A stretch of DNA of 64,000 nt, taken from assembly GCA_045595225.1 (NCBI GenBank), contig JAZOAD010000045.1, forward strand, positions 1,733-65,732. Direction: 5' to 3'. This stretch comes from Faecousia sp. (GTDB lineage Bacteria; Bacillota; Clostridia; Oscillospirales; Oscillospiraceae). Below are positions 47,509-56,918 of this stretch, one piece after another. The notes beneath the pieces were generated by a model. It was not told the DNA's origin, searched no databases, and saw only the letters and a list, made by a program, of their open reading frames with translations. The translations under genes were made by a program, and so were the position numbers. How positions within the stretch are numbered: the stretch's first letter is position 1; each line of letters opens with the position of its first letter.

Positions 47509-50500
47509 GTGAAAAAGAAACTTTTCGCGCTTCTCCTGGCGCTGGTCATGATTTTCTCCATGGCTATGACCGTATCCGCAACGGAACCTCTGCCTGAGGC
47601 GGAGCTTTCTCTGCAGGTTTCCACCGGCAAGGGAAGTGTTTCTGTTGCGGTTTATCTGACCGGCGCAGAGTCTGTGACCAACGGCCGCATTACCGTCAGC
47701 TATGACCGGGAAGCTCTGACTCTGGTGGAGGCCACAACCTGCGATGTTTACGCCGTGGACAGTTTGAATGACCTGTCCGCCGGCTCCGTGACTCTGGCAT
47801 GGGTCGGCAGCGACTTGACTGCCGAAAAGACCCTGATGCTGACCCTTGTATTTGAAATCGCTGAGGGCTGCACCAAGGATCTGACCTATCGCGTGGACGC
47901 GGATGAAGTGTATGCTCCTTTTGGCGCATACTCCGTTATGTGGGACGAAGTTACCGTCAAGTACAATGCGCCTGCTGACACTACCGCGCTGGAAAGCGCC
48001 ATTAACGCGGCGCAGGGTTTGGATCCTGAGGCTTATTCTGCCGACAGCTACGCGGATGTGGAAGCCGCTCTGACCAACGCTATCGCTGTGCTGGCCAATG
48101 GGGATGCTACCCAGGCTGAGATCGACGCCGCTGCCAAGGCATTGACCGATGCGATGGCGGCGCTGCGCCCTGTAGGCTCCGCGGATGTGACCGCGCTGAA
48201 GGCTGCCATTGCCGAGGCAGAGAAGCTGGATAAGGCCCTGTATACCGAAGATACATATTCTGCTATGCAGACCGCATTGGCCGCTGCAAAGCAGGTCTTG
48301 GCTGATACCGCCGCCACCCAGGATGAAGTGGATGCCGCCACTGCAGCCCTGGAAGACGCCATTGAAGCTCTGGAACTGGAACAGCCCAATGTTGGCTCCG
48401 GTGATAACTCCAACATCGGCGCCTGGATGGCTCTGCTGCTGGTTTCCATGGCGGGTACTGCCATTATGGTAGCGGTGATGATCCGCTCCGGCAGAAGCAA
48501 GCAGCTTTGCCGCGTTCTGTCTGTTGTGCTGGTTGCCGCTATGATGTTCACCTTTATGCCCATTCAATCCGTTGCCGTGATCATGGGCGAAGACGGTGAG
48601 AATGGCGACAGCTTCCTGTCCAATATTGGGGATATCCTCTCCGGTGACTATATTGTGCAGGGCCAGGATACTTCTTTCATCGGTTCTATTAAGGAAGTAT
48701 TTGACAAGACCTTTGACCTGAAGCTGGACCAGGATATTACCACTCTGGATTCTGTTTATGAAGACAAGGACCTGGTTCGTATTCTGGTAGAGCTGGATGG
48801 CCAGTGTCTGCTTGACCAGGGCTATACCCTGAATCAGATCACCGCCAACGGCGAGCAGGTTGCCGCTGACAAGGCAAAGCTGGAACTGGTACAGACCCAT
48901 GTCGCTGCCAAGATCGAACAGATCGTAGTTGCTTCCGGCCTGGCTCTTGGTACCGACGGCGTGAAGTATAGCTATACTGTGGCCATGAATGGTTTCTCCA
49001 TTACCGTTCCCTACGGCACACTGGAAGCCATTCGTAAGATCGAAGGCGTTCAGAACGCTTTTGTGTCTACTGAATACTATGCTCCCGAAACCGCGGAAGG
49101 TGAATACACCACCAATATGTATGCCACCTCCGATTCTTTTGGCTCCGCCCAGACTTGGCATGAATTGGGCTACACCGGCAGCGGTATGGTCATCGCTGTG
49201 ATCGATACCGGCCTGGACCTGGATCATCCTTCCTTTGTTGGTTCTCCCGACGCGCCTCGCATGGACCAGGATGATGTTGCCGCTGTTCTGGAGAATCTGA
49301 ATGCATACACCCTGTTCAACAACACCAGCCCCATCAAGCTGACCGCTGAAGATCTGTATGTGAACGAGAAGGTTCCCTATGTCTTCAACTATGCGGATAA
49401 CAGCCTGGACGTCACCCATGACTACGACACCCAGGGCGATCACGGCACCCACGTTGCCGGTATCGCCGCTGCCAATAAGCTGGACACCACCCCTGTAGTG
49501 GGTGTCGCTCCCGATGCGCAGTTGGTAATCATGAAGGTCTTTGGCCAGAACCCCAGTGGCGCTACCACCGATATCGTGATCGCCGCCATCGAGGACGCTT
49601 TGATGCTTGGCGTTGATGTGATCAACATGAGCCTTGGCGCTCCTGCCGGTTTTACCGCGGACTCTCTCTTGGTTGAGCGGGTTTATGGCCGTGTTCTGGA
49701 TGCGGATGTGATGCTGGCTGTTGCCGCGGGTAACATTCCGTCCTCTGCTATTGGTAATAACCAGGGCACCAATTTGAATTATACCCGTGACCCCGATACG
49801 GGCATCGTCAACTCTCCCTCTACTTATCTGGGCGCGACCAGCGTCGCCAGCTCCGAGAATCATTATGTGATGATGCCTTATTTCTCTGTTGGTGAACATA
49901 AGCTTCCTTATGTTGACGTGACCTACGGCAATTTCGCTGCCCTTGCCGGAACCTATGAATACGTTCTGGTTCCCGGCGTCGGCGATGTTTCCGATTACGA
50001 AGGCCTGGATGTTGCCGGCCGTATTGCTGTGGTGGAGCGCGGCGTCATCGACTTCCCCACGAAACAGAAGAACGCATTTGATCAAGGCGCTATTGCTTTG
50101 ATCGTCTACGATAATGTGGAAGGCGCCCTTGTCAGTATGTATGACGGCGGCTACCTGCCCCATGTTTTCGTTTGCAAGGCTGACGGACAGAAGCTGAAGG
50201 ACGCGGCTGTTGACGGTATTGGTATCGTTACCATCCATCCCTGGGGCACCGAAACCCCCATTAAGAACGGTAACGGCGGCCAGATGAGTGATTTCTCCGC
50301 CTGGGGTGTTACCGCTGACCTGCAGCTGTCTCCTGATGTGACCGCTCCCGGCGGCAATATCTATTCCTGCTACACCGACGGCGAGTATGGTACTATGAGC
50401 GGTACCTCCATGGCCTGTCCTCACATCGCCGGTATGAGCGCGCTGGTTCTGCAGTACCTGCATGAACAGTACCCCGATTTGACCGACGCGCAGTACCATA

Positions 50501-53500
50501 TCATCGTGGAATCTCTGGTAATGTGTACCGCTGAGCCTATGCTGGCGCCCAACGGCATCCATTACTCTCCCAGAACTCAGGGCTCCGGTTATGCCAATGT
50601 GTATAACGCGGTGACCAGCCCCGTGTATCTGACCAGTTATCAAAGCGAAACCAAGGAGTGGACTCCCAAGGCTTCTATGGGCGACGATCCCGATCGCACC
50701 GGCGTGTTCACCTTCGAATTCCAGATGAACAACCTGACCGATTCTGAGCAGGTCTATCTGCTGGATGGTATTCTCATGACCGACCAGTACCTGCTGCTGG
50801 AAGGCTATGGCGATACGGAATTCTTCGGCGAAGAGGGCAGATACCTGACCGGCGATATTTCTTTCGAATTCCCCAACAGCGAAGCGCTCACCGGTTTTGA
50901 CTTTGACGGCAACGGCGCCTCCGATATGGACGATGTGCAGTATGTGCTGGATGCGATCAATGGCCTGATCCCTGTGGATGGCGATCTGGCGCTGGATCTG
51001 AACAACGACGCTGCCATCGACACCCGCGACGCCCAGTATCTGTATGAAGTTGTGGTTGGCGCCATCGAAGCCCAGCACCGTGTCACCGTTCCTGCCGGCG
51101 GCAGTGTCTCCGTTACCGTTACCGTTACGCTGTCTGACGAAGATATGGCTTACATGGATGCCCATTACGAAAACGGCGTGTACGCGGAAGGCTTTATCCG
51201 CGCTTATGCCGAAACCGAGGGCGCTGTGGACCTGAGCCTGCCCTTCGTTGGCTTCTACGGAAGCTGGGAAGATGCTCCCATCTTCGATACCGGCTGGTAC
51301 TATGAAGATCCCGAAACGGTAGAATACAACCGTTACCTGCACGTTCTGTTTGCCACTTTGGGCGATACCGGCGGCGCTGGCCTGGGTATTAACCCCTATC
51401 TGGAAGAAGAATATGACCCTGAACACAACGTTCTTTCTCCCGATGGCGACGGCTACTATGACTACATTCCTGAGATCTATGTCAGCCTTCTGCGTTCCGC
51501 GGAATTGCTTGACTTCACCTGGACCGATGATGAAACCGGCGAGATGATGTTCTATGAATATTATCCCTACGCCAGAAAGGGCTACTACTGGACAGCTTAC
51601 GGTATGGCCATGCCGATCGTTTATACCGACGGCGGCTGTATGCCCTATACCTTCTACGATGAAAACGGTAATCTGGAGGTCGAGGACCTGCAGCACCTGA
51701 CTTTGACCATCCGCGGCTACCTGGATGACGGCGAATTGGACGATATTTATATCAATGAATACGGTGTTCCCGTTCCCGATCCCATCCATGCCGACGGTGT
51801 CATTGAAGTGCCCATCGTCATTGACCTGAAAGCGCCTAAGATCGACCTGGACACCATGGTCTATCATACGGAAAATGGCCGCAACTATGTTACTTTCGAG
51901 GTGGAAGATAACTACGATGTGGCAGCCATTGTTGTCACTACTGTTGGCGGCGGCGCTTACGAGTATGTGCCCGTTGACACCAAGACTCCCGGTGTGGACG
52001 GCGAGCGCGCTACCGTTACGCTGGACATTACCGATTGCGATGCTACCTTCCAGGTCGTTGTTGCGGACTATGCCTGTAACGAAAGCTACTACGAACTGAC
52101 CAATGTGGGCAATGAAGGCCTGGCAGAGGACGAGTTCTACGCTTTCCGCCGTTACAGCACCGTAACCACCGACACTACCTATTACACCACCGATCAGCTC
52201 AATGGCTGGTACTCTTTCGTGGATGCCGACTATATGCTCAAGCACACCGCCCAGCCCAACTCCGGTGAGAAGACCGTATTTGCCGCTGAGTATGTGGACG
52301 GCTATATCTTCGGCGCTCAGGCAGGCGAGTATGATTATAATACGCTGTTTGTTATGAAGGCCGGCTCCTGGGACCGCATGGATTTCGGCTCCTCCAGAGC
52401 AATGTATCAGACCGTTTACGAATGGCCCGGCCGGGACGGTACTTACTTCCCGCTGAAGATGATCGCCCTGGATATGGCATATGACTATACCACCGGCACC
52501 ATGTACATGCTGGCCAATGCTTACGAAAACAACTATTTCCCCGAAGGCGAAGTCAATATTCTGCTGAGCCTGGATCTGGAAACCGGCGACCTGCAGATCC
52601 TGGGTAAGATCGAGCCTAAGGACGGCGAAAGCTTCCTGGCGCTGACTTTGGCCTGCGACAATGAGGGTGTGCTGTATACTGCCAACTATGAAAACGGCAA
52701 GCTTTACACCATCAATAAGGAGCCTGTGGCTACCACCGAAAAGTATGGCTACGGCACTTATGAGGCTACCTGCATCCAGGAAACCGATGCCAAGTATTGG
52801 GTAGCTGCATATACCCAGTCCATGACTGTGGACCATGCCACCAATACCCTGTATTGGGCCGCTTACCAGGGCCAGGTCGGCGTTTCCGCGTTCCTGACCA
52901 TGGATAAGTCCAACGGCGATATTTTGGCCATGACCTACACCGCGGATAACGCGGAATTGACCGGCCTGTTCAAGCCTTGGGATTCCGGCGTTGATATCAT
53001 TCCTCAGGCAGAGCTGGAAGGCATCACGCTGCGCGATGAGCAGCTGTATCTAACCATGGATCAGAGCGCTACCATCATTGCTAAGCCGCAGCCCTACAAT
53101 GCTGTGCTCGGCGAAGTCACCTTCACCAGCCTGGATGAAACGGTTGCTACGGTTACTTCCACCGGTATCGTCAATCCTGTTGGCATCGGCTCTGCCGAAG
53201 TGCTGGTGACCTGCACGATGGACGATGGCAATGTCTTTGAGCAGACCTGCATCGTCAATGTTTCCAATGTTAACGGCACGCTGTTCGGCTACTCCGATCC
53301 TTACTGGCTGCTGATGGATGCAGGTTCTCCTGACTATTCCAACCAGGTTTCCGACGCTATGGAGCTGGAGGGCACTGTTGCCGCAGCTGCCTACCGGGAC
53401 GGCTATCTGTATGTTGCAGCGATTGTGGAGGATTACGACGAGGACTATAATTCTGTCTATATCACCAATTTCTACAAGCTGAATGCTAGCACTCTGCAGG

Positions 53501-56103
53501 GTGAGCTGGTAGGCTCCTTCGATGGCAAGACCACCGCTTTGGCCTTCAACTATGCCGATGGCTTCATGTACGGTCTCAGATATTCCGAAGAATTCGATGA
53601 TGATTGGAATTTCACGGTTTCTTATGAGCTATTCCGCGTCAACATGACCACCGCTGAGACCATCGGCGTAACCACACTGGATGCTATCTATCCCAATAGC
53701 GATTTGACCTTTGAGTACACCACCTGCTCCGGCGCGTTGGCCATCGACTATGAGGGCAACTTCTATGTCAACGGCGACAATGCCGATTGGGAATACAATC
53801 TGGTTCGCTTCAATCTGGACCAGAACGATCAGATCGTGAATGTCACAGAATATACCGGCTTTGGCGAATACAGCTGGATGGGCGATGCTATGGTTTGGTC
53901 TGAGCGTAACGGCGGCATCCTCCGTGTTTCCGGCGATATGCTCCAATGGGTAGACGTTTCCGATATGGAAAATGTTGTGGCTGTGAACCTGGGGCAGATT
54001 CGTGGCGCAAATGGCTTTGTATACGCATTGGCCATTCCCGTTACCAATGAACCGGAAGTTCAGGGCGCTGTCGCAACGGAGGTGACGGTGGACTCCGTTT
54101 ACACCGTGGCACAGGGCGAAGCCGTGAAGGTTGTGCCCACGCTGAATCCCTGGAACGCTGTTGGCGAGTTTACCTTCAGTGTTGGCGATGAAACCATCGC
54201 TATGGTGGATGAAAACGGTGTGGTCATCGGTATTGCCATCGGACAGACGACGCTGACTGTTCAGGTGGTTGGCACCGATCTGGCTGTGACTACCACCATC
54301 GTCGTGGAAGAAAACCCCGGCTACCTGTATGGTTACTTCCAGGCAGAGCTGAACCAGCAGATCCCGCTGGAGGCCTGGGGCAAGATCTCGCTGGCAAACA
54401 CCAATGACTTTAGCTATATTACCGATATTTATGATCTGACCATCTATGCCGGCGCTTACTACGATGGCACTATCTACGCGGTGGGTCAGCATAATGTTGA
54501 CGGTAAGTACTACTTGCTGAAGATCAGTCCCTCCAACTTCCACTACAATATTATCTGCGAGTCCGATCTGATGGTTCGCGATCTGGCGTTTGACTACACC
54601 ACCGGCACGATGTACGCCGTTGCTTACAACGAGGTGGTTAAGGGTGGCCTTTATCAGGTGAACCTGGATACCATGGAACTGACCTTGATCGGCGACAACG
54701 ATATGGGTACCCAGCTGGTTGCTCTGGCCTGCGACGATCACGGCCAGCTCTACGCCGCGGACAACTATGGCGAAGTCTTTACTGTTGGCAAGAATGACGC
54801 CGTTCTTTCTCCCACCGGTATCTACGGCGGAACCAGCCCCTATCTGCAGTCTATGGTCTATGACTTCAACAATGATGCCATTTACTGGGCTGTTGGCGGC
54901 AGTATTTATGAGCTGGATCTGGCTGGCCGTCGAACTGTGAACATCGGCTCCACAGGATGCGCTGTCAGCGCTCTGTTCAGTGTGCCCAATGTGGAAATCC
55001 CGGTTCCCGAAACTGTGGATCCTGCCGGAGTAGTCATGGCAGAGAAGAATACGGTGGCTGTTGGCGAAACTTTGGCGATTGACGCTGTGGTTTTGCCTGT
55101 ATCTGTGGCAACTGTGAATCAGACTCTGATCTGGACTTCCTCTGATGATACTGTCGCGACTGTGGATGGCAACGGTGTGATCACCGGCATTTCCGCAGGT
55201 GAGGTTTACATCACCGCCACCGACGCCATGGGCAATTCCAACACCATCTTCATTACTGTCACCGCGGAGCATCGTTACTTCTACGGCTATGATGAGCTGA
55301 GCCGTTCCTGGGTCAAGTTCGATACCGACGGCATTATCCTGGAATCCTGGAAGGATGCCGAGGGCCTGAGCCCCATTGTGGCTGCCCAGTATATCGACGG
55401 TGTACTGTACGCCTACGATAAGGACGGCTACTTCTATACCGTAGATACCGAAACCTTCCAGCGTACGCTGATGGGTAACGGTATCAGCGGCATGACCACC
55501 AGCCTGGAGGCCTGGGACAATTCCCATAACGGTCAGGTTTACTTCGTTGATGACATTCCTTACATCATGATCGATCTGGATTATGGCGTAATCGAGTCTA
55601 GACGTGGTACATATACCGTTCTCTACGGCGTTATGATGGCTTGGCACATTTCCGATTGGCGCGACGACTTCTCTTATAAGGTTGTCGAGCTGGATATGGA
55701 AACCGGCGAGGTAACGAATGTGATCGCTGAGGATGAATTGGTGGATGGCATGAGCCTGCGTCCCACCAACCTGCTGTACCGCGGCGAAATGCTGTGGACT
55801 ATCAACGGCTATATCACCGGTTTGATCACGGTTGTGGATCCTGTATTCGGCGATGTATACGGCACAGCCATTTGCCCCGAATACTGGGGTGACTTCAATG
55901 GCGGCCGTTCCATGATCGAAGATCCGCTGACCGGTCAGGTTTACGCGATCCGCGACAAGCGTACCGGTTATATCGGTTCCGCTGACTATAACGATGAACT
56001 TTCCGCCTCTGTCCTGTGTACCATGGAGCTGGGTCTGGGCAAGGTTGATGAGGTTTGCACCGTCGGCGCGAACCTGCGTATCGTTGGTTTGTTCATCAAG
56101 TAA
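47509..56103 (+). CDS. Giant secreted S8 subtilisin-like protease fused behind a cohesin-like/FIVAR-like/sorting-signal module; contains PA, Fn3-like, dockerin-like, Big_2-like and propeller-like repeats
   Basis: GTG start with AGGAAAGGA RBS; catalytic triad motifs VIDTG, HGTHVAG and GTSMACP; ATQ.E.DAA FIVAR-like repeats; duplicated Dx[DN]x[DN] loops at about 50896-51051. Confidence 0.88.
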   Translation: MKKKLFALLLALVMIFSMAMTVSATEPLPEAELSLQVSTGKGSVSVAVYLTGAESVTNGRITVSYDREALTLVEATTCDVYAVDSLNDLSAGSVTLAWVGSDLTAEKTLMLTLVFEIAEGCTKDLTYRVDADEVYAPFGAYSVMWDEVTVKYNAPADTTALESAINAAQGLDPEAYSADSYADVEAALTNAIAVLANGDATQAEIDAAAKALTDAMAALRPVGSADVTALKAAIAEAEKLDKALYTEDTYSAMQTALAAAKQVLADTAATQDEVDAATAALEDAIEALELEQPNVGSGDNSNIGAWMALLLVSMAGTAIMVAVMIRSGRSKQLCRVLSVVLVAAMMFTFMPIQSVAVIMGEDGENGDSFLSNIGDILSGDYIVQGQDTSFIGSIKEVFDKTFDLKLDQDITTLDSVYEDKDLVRILVELDGQCLLDQGYTLNQITANGEQVAADKAKLELVQTHVAAKIEQIVVASGLALGTDGVKYSYTVAMNGFSITVPYGTLEAIRKIEGVQNAFVSTEYYAPETAEGEYTTNMYATSDSFGSAQTWHELGYTGSGMVIAVIDTGLDLDHPSFVGSPDAPRMDQDDVAAVLENLNAYTLFNNTSPIKLTAEDLYVNEKVPYVFNYADNSLDVTHDYDTQGDHGTHVAGIAAANKLDTTPVVGVAPDAQLVIMKVFGQNPSGATTDIVIAAIEDALMLGVDVINMSLGAPAGFTADSLLVERVYGRVLDADVMLAVAAGNIPSSAIGNNQGTNLNYTRDPDTGIVNSPSTYLGATSVASSENHYVMMPYFSVGEHKLPYVDVTYGNFAALAGTYEYVLVPGVGDVSDYEGLDVAGRIAVVERGVIDFPTKQKNAFDQGAIALIVYDNVEGALVSMYDGGYLPHVFVCKADGQKLKDAAVDGIGIVTIHPWGTETPIKNGNGGQMSDFSAWGVTADLQLSPDVTAPGGNIYSCYTDGEYGTMSGTSMACPHIAGMSALVLQYLHEQYPDLTDAQYHIIVESLVMCTAEPMLAPNGIHYSPRTQGSGYANVYNAVTSPVYLTSYQSETKEWTPKASMGDDPDRTGVFTFEFQMNNLTDSEQVYLLDGILMTDQYLLLEGYGDTEFFGEEGRYLTGDISFEFPNSEALTGFDFDGNGASDMDDVQYVLDAINGLIPVDGDLALDLNNDAAIDTRDAQYLYEVVVGAIEAQHRVTVPAGGSVSVTVTVTLSDEDMAYMDAHYENGVYAEGFIRAYAETEGAVDLSLPFVGFYGSWEDAPIFDTGWYYEDPETVEYNRYLHVLFATLGDTGGAGLGINPYLEEEYDPEHNVLSPDGDGYYDYIPEIYVSLLRSAELLDFTWTDDETGEMMFYEYYPYARKGYYWTAYGMAMPIVYTDGGCMPYTFYDENGNLEVEDLQHLTLTIRGYLDDGELDDIYINEYGVPVPDPIHADGVIEVPIVIDLKAPKIDLDTMVYHTENGRNYVTFEVEDNYDVAAIVVTTVGGGAYEYVPVDTKTPGVDGERATVTLDITDCDATFQVVVADYACNESYYELTNVGNEGLAEDEFYAFRRYSTVTTDTTYYTTDQLNGWYSFVDADYMLKHTAQPNSGEKTVFAAEYVDGYIFGAQAGEYDYNTLFVMKAGSWDRMDFGSSRAMYQTVYEWPGRDGTYFPLKMIALDMAYDYTTGTMYMLANAYENNYFPEGEVNILLSLDLETGDLQILGKIEPKDGESFLALTLACDNEGVLYTANYENGKLYTINKEPVATTEKYGYGTYEATCIQETDAKYWVAAYTQSMTVDHATNTLYWAAYQGQVGVSAFLTMDKSNGDILAMTYTADNAELTGLFKPWDSGVDIIPQAELEGITLRDEQLYLTMDQSATIIAKPQPYNAVLGEVTFTSLDETVATVTSTGIVNPVGIGSAEVLVTCTMDDGNVFEQTCIVNVSNVNGTLFGYSDPYWLLMDAGSPDYSNQVSDAMELEGTVAAAAYRDGYLYVAAIVEDYDEDYNSVYITNFYKLNASTLQGELVGSFDGKTTALAFNYADGFMYGLRYSEEFDDDWNFTVSYELFRVNMTTAETIGVTTLDAIYPNSDLTFEYTTCSGALAIDYEGNFYVNGDNADWEYNLVRFNLDQNDQIVNVTEYTGFGEYSWMGDAMVWSERNGGILRVSGDMLQWVDVSDMENVVAVNLGQIRGANGFVYALAIPVTNEPEVQGAVATEVTVDSVYTVAQGEAVKVVPTLNPWNAVGEFTFSVGDETIAMVDENGVVIGIAIGQTTLTVQVVGTDLAVTTTIVVEENPGYLYGYFQAELNQQIPLEAWGKISLANTNDFSYITDIYDLTIYAGAYYDGTIYAVGQHNVDGKYYLLKISPSNFHYNIICESDLMVRDLAFDYTTGTMYAVAYNEVVKGGLYQVNLDTMELTLIGDNDMGTQLVALACDDHGQLYAADNYGEVFTVGKNDAVLSPTGIYGGTSPYLQSMVYDFNNDAIYWAVGGSIYELDLAGRRTVNIGSTGCAVSALFSVPNVEIPVPETVDPAGVVMAEKNTVAVGETLAIDAVVLPVSVATVNQTLIWTSSDDTVATVDGNGVITGISAGEVYITATDAMGNSNTIFITVTAEHRYFYGYDELSRSWVKFDTDGIILESWKDAEGLSPIVAAQYIDGVLYAYDKDGYFYTVDTETFQRTLMGNGISGMTTSLEAWDNSHNGQVYFVDDIPYIMIDLDYGVIESRRGTYTVLYGVMMAWHISDWRDDFSYKVVELDMETGEVTNVIAEDELVDGMSLRPTNLLYRGEMLWTINGYITGLITVVDPVFGDVYGTAICPEYWGDFNGGRSMIEDPLTGQVYAIRDKRTGYIGSADYNDELSASVLCTMELGLGKVDEVCTVGANLRIVGLFIK

Positions 56104-56123
56104 GCACTTCTCATATCTATCGC

Positions 56124-56155
56124 AAAAGCCGGCATCCTTCGGGGTGCCGGCTTTT
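56124..56155 (+). terminator. Terminator after the protease ORF
   Basis: AAAAGCCGGCATCC/GGGTGCCGGCTTTT. Confidence 0.75.
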
Positions 56156-56204
56156 CCACCGATTGAGGATCAAATTTCGTCGAAACAAAAGTAGACCTTG
56201 GGGC

Positions 56205-56233
56205 TTGACAGAAATCACATTTTCCATTATAAT
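56205..56233 (+). promoter_or_regulatory. Consensus promoter of tRNA-Pro(CGG)
   Basis: TTGACA-17-TATAAT. Confidence 0.8.
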
Positions 56234-56244
56234 ACTGTGGCTAT

Positions 56245-56321
56245 CGAGGTGTGGCGAAGTTTGGTATCGCGCTTGGTTCGGGTCCAAGAGACCTCGGGTT
56301 CGAATCCCGACACTTCGACCA
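56245..56321 (+). tRNA. tRNA-Pro (anticodon CGG)
   Basis: Acceptor stem CGAGGTG/CACTTCG; anticodon arm CTTGG-TTCGGGT-CCAAG; GGTTCGAATCC T-arm; encoded CCA. Confidence 0.95.
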
Positions 56322-56577
56322 AAAATGAAGACTGCCCATCCGGGCGGTCTTCATTTTTCTTTTGGTTTGTGTCGGGATTCGAAAGGCCGGCACCAGTGCG
56401 CACACTGGTGTAAAAAGTGTCCGGTGGACACTTTTTAGGCCGTGGGAGAATCCTTTGGTTTCTGGACGCATCCCTTGTGGATGTGGACAGAAATCAAATA
56501 TATTCGATTCTCGAAACCCTATAATTATACTCCGACCAAAATTGAGGGAACAGCTTTTGCTATTCCCTCGATTTTTT
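56322..56577. repeat. tRNA-linked palindromic element
   Basis: Hairpin, antisense T-arm copy (56369-56383), three internal palindromes, degenerate tRNA end ACTCCGACCA, second hairpin. Confidence 0.6.
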
Positions 56578-56645
56578 ATGCCTTGATTGCATCCTTTTTC
56601 ACATTTTTTGTGGGAATGAGCCGTAGAATATTCTGAGGTGGTCTC

Positions 56646-56918
56646 ATGGGATATAAAATCGTATACAGCACGCCACCCCGGCAGAAGGGGAGCCGAAAGC
56701 GTGTATTTTTGTTGATTTCTTTGTTTTTTCTGGGGTTTGCGATTTGCGTTCGGTTGTTATGGCCGGAAAGTGTGAATATACTTTGGGAAATGGCGGTTTC
56801 CCATAAACTCAGCGCGGAAATCATGGCGTTTTTTCAGGAAATACTCGAAACAGAGGAGGGGAATGGTTTTTCCGATGCAGTGCAGGTATTTTGCCAGGAG
56901 ATTTTTGGTGGAGCGTAA
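56646..56918 (+). CDS. Small single-TM protein in the spoIVFA position
   Basis: GAGG RBS; basic N-terminus plus TM; overlaps the start of the spoIVFB-like gene. Confidence 0.65.
   Translation: MGYKIVYSTPPRQKGSRKRVFLLISLFFLGFAICVRLLWPESVNILWEMAVSHKLSAEIMAFFQEILETEEGNGFSDAVQVFCQEIFGGA

Noticed and set aside
47377-55647. Very long minus-strand ORFs (1819 aa and 672 aa) opposite the protease
   Set aside because: Antisense shadows of a codon-biased gene; no recognisable motifs
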